Positions 1-9,764 of a stretch of 64,000 bases of DNA are shown here, piece by piece. The notes under the pieces are model-generated. The model saw only the letters and a program-made list of their open reading frames with translations. It did no database searches and had not been told where the DNA came from. This stretch comes from Macrostomum lignano. Its lineage: Eukaryota. The DNA lies in NCBI GenBank assembly GCA_002269645.1, contig NIVC01002717.1, forward strand, positions 5,776 through 69,775, written 5' to 3'. Made by a program: the position numbers and the translations under genes. Positions within the stretch are counted from its first letter, which is position 1; each line of letters starts with the position of its first letter.

Positions 1-499
1 TAGCCGTCTCTGTACCCCCGCGAGTGGAGAGGCGTGGAGAGGAGAAAGTTTAGCGAGAGATTCAAACTACTGTCCTCTGTATAGACAAGTCGCAGCAGTT
101 AAACAAGGATGGCAAATCAAGGCGATGTGGGATGGTTTATAAAAATAGCGAAAAATTAATGAATAACTTATTACAATGCAATCCTACTAAATTAGTTACA
201 CCATGAAGCTTTTAACATTAATTTTCGCATAGAGTAACTTTAAAATTTAAATGACTCCTAAGAAATGCGCATTTCCTTGGTTGTTAGACTGCTGCAGAGT
301 GCAGACTGTGGTGGTGGAGCTGGAGATACACAAATTCCTCTCAGGGCTGCTAATTGGCCAGAAAGGTGACGTGTTTAAAGCATAAGAAATGATAACCATG
401 ATAGTACGACGTCCCACAAACTGGCTTTCAAAGCAGGGATCGGTAGATTTTTAACTCAAAGGCCAGATAAAGAATCCAGCTCATGGCTGCGGGCCAGAT

Positions 500-1870
500 G
501 AGAGTAAAAAAGAAAAGGAATAGACTATTAGAAAGAGAGGAAGGGTGAGAGGGGGTAAGAGAAAAGATATAAGATAACAGGAAAGACGAGTGGGGTGAGG
601 ACGAGGAGAGAGCAGAGAATATGGGAGGAGGAAGCGAGAGGAGGGGAGACAGGAGGGAGAGGAAAGAGTAGAGGTGAGAAGAGGAAGAGAGAAGAGGGGA
701 GAGATGAGACAGAGGATCGATGAGAGAGGAGAGTAGAGAAGAGTGAGAAGAGAATAGAGAACAGAGAGGAGATAGGAGGGGAGAGAGAGGGAGAGAGGAG
801 TGAGAAGAGAGGAGATAAGAGATGAGAGAGAGAGAGAGTTGAGAAAGAAGAGAGGAGAAAGGAGAGATGATAGAGTAAAGGGAAGAAGAGGAGAGAGGAA
901 AGAGATGAGATTGTGGAGACGAGAGAGTAGAGATGAGAGATGAAGGAAGAGAGAGCAGAGTGCAAAGAGACAAGAGAAGAGTATAGAAGAGGGAAGAGAA
1001 GAGGAGTAAGAAGAGAGGATTCAGTAGAGGGGAAAGAGAAGAGTACACATGAGAGTGGAGAGTAAAGATGACAGAAGAGAGAGGGGGTAGAGAGCAAAGA
1101 TGAGAGTGAACGCGATATATGAGAGGAGAGAGGAGAGCGAAGAGAGAAGAGAGAAGACAAGAGAGGGAGAGAATAGAAGAGGGAAGAGAAGAGAAGGGAA
1201 AAAGGAGAAGGAAAGAGAGGAGTCAAAAGAGGGGAAAAAGAAGAGTACAGATGAGAGAGGTGAGAAAACATACGAGTATAAGAGAGTAAAGATGGCAGAT
1301 GAGAGAGGGGAGATGAGAGACCAGAGACGAGAGTGAACAGACGAGAGATGGGAGAGTGGAGAGAAAAAAGGATAGAAATAAGAGATGAGAGGTAAGACAA
1401 AGGGAGAGAGAAGTGAGTGAGGAGAGAGGAGGGGAGGGGAGAGAAACGAGAGGACAGGGGAAAGAGTAGAAAGGACGAGAGAGGAGATGAAACAGGGGAG
1501 AGATTAGAGGAGAAAGAGATATGGGACAGGAGAGAGCAGAGAGATAAGAGGAGAGAGAGAGGAGAGAGAGAGGGAAAGAGAGAGGAGAGAACATGCAGAA
1601 AGAATGAGAAAAGAGAAGAGAGAAAAGATAAAAGAAGAGAAAGAAGAGATAGATAAGAGAGCAAAGACGAGAGAGAAGAGAGGTGAGGGAAGAGACGATA
1701 GAAGAGAGGAGAGAGGAGAGAGGAAAGAAGAGAAGAGATGAGAGGAGAGAGAGGAGAGAGTAGAGAGGAGGGATAAAAGAATAGAAGGGAGAGAGAATAG
1801 ACGAGAGAATAGGGGATAGAGGAGAGAGAGAGAAGAGACAGAGACGAGAGAGAGGAGAGGAAACAGAAGA
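500..1870. repeat. GA-rich low-complexity tract
   Basis: Almost purely purine + strand with no fixed period; the overlapping Leu/Ser and Arg/Glu ORFs are compositional artefacts. Confidence 0.9.
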
Positions 1871-2177
1871 GAAGGTCAAAGTTTCTAAGGATCCAAGGGA
1901 CATAAGGAGAGGCAGAGGCCAGAGTTTGCCTGTTCGGAGCACCCCAGCCAACAATATAAATGTTTGCCTCAAATCCTAATTTTTTACGAATGTACTCTAT
2001 TTTATGTTTAATTCTTACCTAACTATTAACGAGTTTTTGTTTGAGTTTGACCTCAGATTTTAGAATATGAGTACATGCAAAATAGTTCCAGGGATTGAAA
2101 TTCCCCGGGTTCAAAATCCGCGGGTTTCAACAGCTTGTGCCCAATATAAAAAGACACAATTTCAAATGTAAAAGGGC

Positions 2178-2480
2178 CGCCATGTCAAACATAGAAGAGC
2201 CACCATGTCAAACATAGAAGAGCCACCATGTCAAACAACTAAGCCACCATGTCAAACATAACAGAGACACCATTTCAAACGTAAAAGGGCCGCCATGGCA
2301 AACATAGAAGAGCCACCATGTCAAACATTAAAGAGCTACCATGTCAAACACAAAAGGGCCACCACGTCCAACATTAAAGAGCTATCATGTCAAACACAAA
2401 AGAGCTACCATGTCAAACATTAAAAAGCCACTTTTTTAAACAAAAAAGAGACACCATTTCAAACATAAAAGAAGTGTCAT
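2178..2480. repeat. Degenerate ~22-bp tandem repeat (GCCACCATGTCAAACATAGAAGA-like)
   Basis: CCATGTCAAACA core recurs more than 10 times. Confidence 0.8.
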
Positions 2481-2544
2481 GCCAAACAAAATGAAACCAT
2501 TATAAAGCTAAGGAAATTGTTGCACTAGCTACTTGTTCTCTGGT

Positions 2545-3345
2545 GGATGCTTGCTATTTAAGGATGGATACTTGCTATCAGGGGGATGCTTGCTCTTGGG
2601 GGTGGAGAGTACTTGCTATCTGAGAGGGGGTTGCTAGATATCTATAAGGTATCTTTGTATCCAGGTTATGCTTGCTATCAGGGGTTGCTTGCTGTCTGGG
2701 GGATGCTTGCTATCTGGGGGGGGGATGCTTGCTATCTAGGGGATGCTTGCTATCTGCGGGATGCTTGCTATCTGGGGGATGCTTGCTATCTGCGGGATGC
2801 TTGCTATCTGGGGGACGCTTGCTATCTGGGGTCTGGGGAATGCTTGCTATCTGGGGATGCTTGCGATCTGGGGGATGCTTGCTATCTGAGGAATGCTTGC
2901 TATCTGGGGGATGCTTGCTATCTGCGGGATGCTTGCTATCTGGGGGATGCTTGCTATCTGGGGTCTGGGGGAATGCTTGCTATCGGGGGATGCTTGCAGT
3001 CTGGGGGATGCTTGCTATCTGGGGATGCTTGCCATCTGGGGGACGCTTGCTATCTGGGGTCTGGGGGAATGCTTGCTATCTGGGGATGCTTGCGATCTGG
3101 GGGATGCTTGCTATCTGAGGAATGCTTGCTATCTGGGGGATGCTTGCTATCTGCGGGATGCTTGCTATCTGGGGGATGCTTGCTATCTGGGGTCTGGGGG
3201 AATGCTTGCTATCGGGGGGATGCTTGCAGTCTGGGGGATGCTTGCTATCTGGGGATGCTTGCTATCTGGGGGATGCTTGCAGTCTGGGGGATGCTTGCTA
3301 TTTGGGGATCAATGCTTGAATGTTGTCTGAGGATGCTTGCTGTCT
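2545..3345. repeat. 18-bp minisatellite GGGGATGCTTGCTATCTG
   Basis: Unit read directly; ORF periodicities LGDACY and MLAIWG match 18 bp. Confidence 0.92.
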
Positions 3346-3617
3346 TGGGATGTTTTGTTTTTAAGAGGGAATGTCTGTTGTTTTTTCTGAAGGCTTTATT
3401 TCGCTGTCTATTTGTTATTTGTAAAAAACAAGGATTCTATCCAGATGCCCCCCATCGGGGGGCAAAGATTGCTAGTTATATACTCAATTCAAATGCAATA
3501 AAATTAGACTTGTCTAAAATCAATTAAATTAGCATACTAGGTTCAGTTTCTAAGCATTTTTAAAAACAATTCTAAAAAGCTAGCAGCTTTGGCCAATAAG
3601 TTCCTTAGGCTTAGAGA

Positions 3618-5026
3618 CATACATGTGCAACAGTTGGCTAATTAGTACGATTTGGCGGCCAACCAAGGAAGTCACAAAAATGCCCGCCCAAAAAATAACC
3701 AAGTAGTAGTACAAGTAGCTGATGAGGAATTTTGCTTAATAAGACAGTTATAGTTACTCCTGCCATTTACCCAAAGTTGCGTTAATTTTGCTTTAGGGTT
3801 TTTTTACATATAAGTCACATTTTTGGCCAAAAACTATGTCGCTTTTTTGTTAAAACTAAGTCGCATGGCCGACCAAATTTTGGAGGTTGCGCATGTATGC
3901 TTAGAGAGGTAGTTCTAGATATGGCTGAATGGTAAATGATAATGCTATCCTTTAGAATGTTTAATAGATAGGATTTGTTGATAAGCCACAATTTAGAGAA
4001 TTTAGTAAGATGTTGATAGATTTGCCAAGTATAGTACTGCTAGTAATAGGCCACTGCCATTACCACAGTAATTTGTATATAAAATTTGTAAGATATAATT
4101 AGCTCAAATTAGTCTAACAACTCTTTTAATTCAATTCACTCAAAATTAATTAATGCTAACTAAGATCACAAAGGCTTGATGATAGCTAAAATAATTATTG
4201 CAGTTTAATAAATGTAATATAACTGTGGGTGTTAAATAGTAGTAGTTTATTATTGCTCAACATTTAATTGCAAACTGAGTTATATAGCATGAAATTACTT
4301 ATAATGGAAAGGAGATAATTGGTCTTTGGTAGTATGGAGTTATAATTATGGAGCCTTAAGTATTGGAAAATTAAGAGAAAAAGATTATTTAAAAAGTCAA
4401 GGCTGCTATACACTCAGTGTGAGCATATGTGTGAGTTTGTGTCTGCATATAGACAGAATTGCCTCAATGCTAGTTGTGGGACAACACAAAATTCTTATGA
4501 ATATTATTAATATGCTCAGAGTAAACTTAATCTGGTTTTAACAAATTAGAATTGCAGTTCCATTTGGCATCTAGGGTCTAGACTTAATGATTCCATTCTC
4601 AGGACACCATACTAAAAACCAGCTGGTATACAAAGCAATTAAAATACCAACAGCTCTACCCAACCCTTTACACTGATAAGCCTTTCTGATCACTCAGAAG
4701 TTGCAAATGTCCTACAGACTCCATGTTTACAGATTAATCAAATTTGACAATTGATAAGAAGTCTTGAAGTTTCAAAAAATCCAAATAGTTATAAAAAACA
4801 TACATGCGCAACCACTGATTTACACTGGCCATGTGACTTACCTGTGAAAGAAACTCTTGAGCAAATTAATTCAAATTTTGGGTAAACGGCACGAGTAATT
4901 ATGACTGTCCTATTAAAGCTAAATGCCTCGGCATCTAATTAGTACTACGTCTATTTTTTTGGGTGGCATTTTTGCGACTTACCTTGGCTGGGTCACTCAT
5001 CAGCCAGCATGTATGCTATAAAACAA
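3618..5026. mobile_element. Foldback/MITE-like non-autonomous element with long degenerate terminal inverted repeats
   Basis: 3618-3900 aligns with the reverse complement of 4798-5026 (blocks CATACATG, CCAAGG-AAGTC-CAAAAATGCC, TTAATA-GACAGT-ATA-TTACTC-TGCC-TTTACCCAAA, GGTTGCGCATGTATG). AT-rich non-coding interior; no clear TSD seen. Confidence 0.7.
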
Positions 5027-5084
5027 TAGTAGGGCTTGTTATCCTAGATTAGCCTCCATATTTGCACCTGCAGCCTGTTCAACA

Positions 5085-5528
5085 ATGACTGTTAAGCGTC
5101 GCAATCACGGACGTAGCAAGAAGGGCCGCGGCCACGTGCGCTGTGTTCGCTGCACCAACTGCGGCCGGTGCACGCCTAAAGATAAATCTATTAAGAAATT
5201 CATCATCCGCAACATTGTTGAAGCCGCCGCTGTCAGGGACATCAACGAGAACTCCGTGTACGAGGCCAACACCTACGCCCTGCCGAAGCTGTACGCCAAG
5301 CTGCAGTATTGCGTCAGCTGCGCTATCCACTCCAAGGTGGTGCGCAACCGATCGCACGAGGCCCGTAGAGATCGCACTCCGCCGCCACGGTTTGGCGGTG
5401 GCGGTGGCCCGCGAGCCCCTGGCGGCCCCGGCGGCCCAGCTGGTCCTGGCGGCCGACCCGGCGGTCCCGGACCTTCGACTGGCGGCGGCCCCGGCGGCGG
5501 TGGCCCCGGCGGATTCGGTCGTCAATAA
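5085..5528 (+). CDS. RPS26: 40S ribosomal protein S26 (eS26), intronless, with Gly/Pro-rich C-terminal extension
   Basis: [60 protein letters not shown] and [10 protein letters not shown] are diagnostic eS26 motifs. Confidence 0.97.
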   Translation: MTVKRRNHGRSKKGRGHVRCVRCTNCGRCTPKDKSIKKFIIRNIVEAAAVRDINENSVYEANTYALPKLYAKLQYCVSCAIHSKVVRNRSHEARRDRTPPPRFGGGGGPRAPGGPGGPAGPGGRPGGPGPSTGGGPGGGGPGGFGRQ

Positions 5529-5804
5529 ATCAGCTAACAAAATAATGTGGCAATGAAGTGAAATAATGGCAGACAGAGATTTCCCAATCTAAGGGACTGT
5601 TGGGCTGCCGAGTGATGGAAAACCCGTGTGTGCGATTGTTTGGCTTGATTATTGAAGACATTTTCACTGTCCCGTGTTTTTCCACTGTGGAAGTAGACTG
5701 ACTAGGTTTGATGTTTTTTGGATGGACAAACTGTTGCGTTGGCTTCTTTTCATAGCTCTTTTTTGTAGATTAGAATAATTTTTTGTAGGCTTTTAGAGAC
5801 AGTT

Positions 5805-7340
5805 TTGACCCAGATACCCAGTTTCTTGGCCAGCCTCCCAGATCCTCAGTTGCTGGGCCAGCCTCCCAGATCCTCAGTTGCTGAGCCAGCCTCCCAGATC
5901 CCCAGTTGCTGGGCCAGCCTCCCAGATCCTCAGTTGCTGGGCCAGTCTCCCAGATCCTCAGTTGCTGGGCCAGCCTCCCAGATCCTCAGTTGCTGGGCCA
6001 GCCTCCCAGATCCTCAGTTGCTGAGCCAGCCTCCCAGATCCCCAGTTGCTGGGCCAGCCTCCCAGATCCTCAGTTGCTGGGCCAGTCTCCCAGATCCTCA
6101 GTTGCTGGGCCAGCCTCCCAGATCCTCAGTTGCTGGACCAGCCTCCCAAATTCTCAGTTGCTGGGCCAGCCTCCCAGATCCACAGTTGCTGGGCCAGCCT
6201 CCCAGATCCTCAATTGCTGGGCCAGCTTCCCATATCCCCAGTTGCTGAGCCAGCCTCCCAGATCCCCAGTTGCTCCAGCCTTCCATATCCCAGTTGCTGG
6301 GCCAGCCTCCGAGATCCCCAGTTGCTCCAGCCTTCAATATCCCCAGTTGCTGGGCCAGCCCCCAGATCCTCAGTTGCTGGGCCAGCCTTCCAGATCCACA
6401 GTAGCTGGGCCAGCCTCCCAGATCCTCAGTTGCTGGGCCAGCCTCCCAGATCCTCAGTTGCTGGGCCAGTCTCCCAGATCCTCAGTTGCTGGGCCAGCCT
6501 CCCAGATCCTCAGTTGCTGGGCCAGCCTCCCAGATCCACAGTTGCTGGGCCAGCCTCCCAGATCCCCAGTTGCTGGGCCAGCCTCCCAGATCCCCAGTTG
6601 CTCCAGCCTCCCAGATCCTCAGTTGCTGAGCCAGCCTCCCAGATTCCCAGTTGCTCCAGCCTTCCATATACCCAGTTGCTGGGCCAGCCTCCCAGATCCC
6701 CAGTTGCTCCAGCCTCCCAGATCCTCAGTTGCTGAGCCAGCCTCCCAGATCCCCAGTTGCTCCAGCCTCCCAGATCCTCAGTTGCTGGGCCAGCCTCCCA
6801 GATCCCCAGTTGCTCCAGCCCCCCAGATCCTCAGTTGTTGGGCCAGCCTCCCAGATTCCCAGTTGCTCCAGCCTTCCATATACCCAGTTGCTGGGCCAGC
6901 CTCCCAGATCCCCAGTTGCTCCAGCCTCCCAGATCCTCAGTTGCTGAGCCAGCCTCCCAGATCCCCAGTTGCTCCAGCCTCCCAGATCCTCAGTTGCTGG
7001 GCCAGCCTCCCAGATCCCCAGTTGCTCCAGCCTCCCAGATCCTCAGTTGCTGAGCCAGCCTCCCAGATTCCCAGTTGCTCCAGCCTTCCATATACCCAGT
7101 TGCTGGGCCAGCCTCCCAGATCCCCAGTTGCTCCAGCCTCCCAGATCCTCAGTTGCTGAGCCAGCCTCCCAGATCCCCAGTTGCTCCAGCCTCCCAGATC
7201 CTCAGTTGCTGGGCCAGCCTCCCAGATCCCCAGTTGCTCCAGCCCCCCAGATCCTCAGTTGTTGGGCCAGCCTTCCAGATCCGCAGTTGCTGGGCCAGCC
7301 TCCCAGATCCCCAGTTGCTCCAGCCTTCCATATCCCCAGT
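5805..7340. repeat. 28/25-bp minisatellite CCTCCCAGATCCTCAGTTGCTGGGCCAG with 106-bp higher-order unit in the 3' half
   Basis: Units read directly; near-identical ORFs at 6651, 6757, 6969 and 7075 are offset by multiples of 106 (2x28 + 2x25). Confidence 0.95.
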
Positions 7341-7513
7341 AGCTAGACTGCCGCCACCTAAGAATCAGATGAACACATTAAGCTCCCACAGGCTTAGATC
7401 CTAAATCAGCTTATTTAGTTATCAGCTACATGTGAGCAGGTCAGCTTGCACACGTCATCCTGGCTACTCTTCTCGTTGCTGCATGCGCTCAGCCCCATCA
7501 GCCAGTCAGAATC

Positions 7514-8203
7514 ATGTCGAGCGGCGGCCTGACAGACGCGGACGTTGACAAGCAGATCAAACAGATGATGGCCTTCATTGAGCAGGAGGCGAATGAGAAA
7601 AAAGAAGAAATTGACAACAAAGCCGAAGAGGAGTTCAACATTGAGAAGTCGCGCATTACGCAACAGGAGCGAGTTAAAATAATGGACTTCTACACGAAGA
7701 AGGAGAAGCAAATTGAGTTGCAGAAGAAGATTCAATATTCTAACATGAAGAATCAGGGCCGGTTGAAAGTTCTACTGGCACGCGATGAGCATCTGAAATC
7801 GGTGCTAGAGGACACTACTCAGCAGCTGCGTCAGATCACTGGAGATCGGGCTCGATACGAGCAGCTAATCGAGAGCCTCATCACCCAGGGCCTGTTCCAG
7901 CTTCTCGAACCCGCTGCCGTGGTTCGCTGCCGTGAAGCCGACACCGACATCGCCGAGAAAGCCCTCGGCGCGGCCATCAATCGGTACAAAGAAGCCACTG
8001 GTAAAGAGGTGAAAGTGTCGCTAGATAAGAAGGCCTTTTTACCTGCTGACTCCGTTGGCGGTGTGGATATTGTTGGCAGGGAGGGCAAAATCCTTGTGTG
8101 CAACAATCTGGAGAGTCGACTGGAGCAAATTAGCCAGCAGATGGTGCCGGAGCTGAGGCACATCCTGTTCGGCCCCAATCCCAATCGGAAGTTTATGGAT
8201 TAG
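7514..8203 (+). CDS. ATP6V1E: V-type proton ATPase subunit E, intronless CDS
   Basis: LTDADVDKQIKQMMAFIEQEANEKKEEIDNKAEEEFNIEK, SNMKNQGRLKVL, NNLESRL and LFGPNPNRKFMD match the V1 E family; 229 aa. Confidence 0.97.
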   Translation: MSSGGLTDADVDKQIKQMMAFIEQEANEKKEEIDNKAEEEFNIEKSRITQQERVKIMDFYTKKEKQIELQKKIQYSNMKNQGRLKVLLARDEHLKSVLEDTTQQLRQITGDRARYEQLIESLITQGLFQLLEPAAVVRCREADTDIAEKALGAAINRYKEATGKEVKVSLDKKAFLPADSVGGVDIVGREGKILVCNNLESRLEQISQQMVPELRHILFGPNPNRKFMD

Positions 8204-8384
8204 AGCGGAGATTGGACACGATTTGAGTTCTTTAATTAAACTGAACGGAACTTTGCTCGTTTTCATTAATAATCCTATTGATTGAGTCTGTTTAGCTTGA
8301 GTAGTTTTCCATGAGTAGTTTGTTAGTCAGTTACAAAACTTTCATGTGGGTCTATAATGAAGTTATTATAGCTTTAAAATCTTC

Positions 8385-8830
8385 CATATGACGTCCTCTT
8401 TGAACTGAGTAGACATTAAGTCATTCTAGAACTCAGTAGCTTATGACGTCATTTTAAAACTCAGTAGCCTATGATGCCATCTTTAAACTCAGTAAACTCA
8501 TTAGACCTGTGACGTCATTTTACAACCTTAGTAAATCTATGACGTCATTTTAGAACTTATCAGATCTGACGTCATCTTAGGGGAAGTTCTATGACGGCAT
8601 CTAGAACTCAGCTGATATATGACGTCATCTAGAACTCGGCTGATCTATGACTTTGACCTTTGATCTTTGACCTCAGCTGATCTGTAACGTCACCTTAGAA
8701 CTCAGCTGATCTAGATCTATGACGTCATCTTAAAAATAATCAGATCTGACGTCATCTTAGATGAAGTTAAAGCTCCGCAGATCTGTGACGTCATCTAGAA
8801 CTTGGCTGATCTATGACATCATCTTAGATC
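8385..8830. repeat. Degenerate ~27-30-bp repeat containing eight perfect TGACGTCA palindromes
   Basis: TGACGTCA starts at 8444, 8510, 8540, 8567, 8620, 8720, 8747 and 8786, with CAGCTG motifs in between. Confidence 0.85.
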
Positions 8831-9764
8831 ATAGCCAGTAAGCCAGGTTAAAAAAGGAAATGCAGTTATACCAAGCATACTACTATTGCTGCATCGAAGT
8901 TCTGTTACGTGCGAATCAAACCATGATCACCAAAAATGTAGTAAACTATTATAATTTCTAACAAGCTTATGCTCAGTATGTTTTAGAAATTGAATTGAGT
9001 ATCAAAAGTATGATTAAAATATCGTTTAATATTCTTGTTTCCATAAAAGCGCGCGCTTTCTACACTACTGCGCTGTCAGTGGTCAGTAGTGCAACTAGTT
9101 TATTTCTCCAAGCATAATAGCAGTGCAGTTGCGCTATGCTTTCTTGGTTTGTTTGCTGATTTTACATTAAATTATGCATAATTTCAATGCTCATTGATTC
9201 CATTAAATATCCTATTAAGTTTACTACGAGCAATATGTAATAAATGCAATAGTTATCCCGAAGATATATTCTGACTTAGTATTTTCAATTTTATGATGCG
9301 AGAATTGTGACGTTTTAGTCTAGCTCTTTTTTGCGCAATATTTATTGAGTTATTGCTTATTTTGATGTATCCAAGGTGCAAGGTTCAAGTTTAGAGCAGA
9401 TGGCAGATTGAGAGCACTAGGCTTTACATAAATTTTTTTCAATTACTTGTTATCGTGTTATTACGAGCTATTTGTAATTTATTGCGCGGTGCCAATTATT
9501 TTATCTTCCCGTCTTCCTGGTTGCTGATTTCGTCACCTTTACAATAAAATCATTAAATATAAGCTAAAATAAAATGCTGGATAAACTAATTTTATTTAGT
9601 CTTAATATTGGTTTGTTATTGTGTCATCATTTTTCCATTATTTCCAATTAGTATGCTAAAATGTTTTGACTGCTACTGAATATTGTTGCCAGTAGGTTGG
9701 TAAGCATATTGATGTATTAATAATTTGAAAAATCCCTTAAAATTCAGATTTTTTTTAAAACGAC

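Noticed and set aside
4900-5005. Hammerhead-like motif on the minus strand (CTGATGA, GTGAC..GTCGC stem, AAAAA) in the foldback arm, suggesting a Penelope/retrozyme element
   Set aside because: The required GAAA is AAAAA in both arms, stem I does not pair, and the other arm has CTAATTA at the matching position.
5079-5556. Antisense and alternate-frame ORFs over RPS26, V-ATPase E, RBM42 and FoxQ2
   Set aside because: These are shadows of GC-rich coding sequence with no recognisable motifs.
5611-5701. Possible C/D snoRNA (GTGATGG..CTGA) after RPS26
   Set aside because: Box C is imperfect, there is no terminal stem, and I could not recognise an rRNA-complementary guide.
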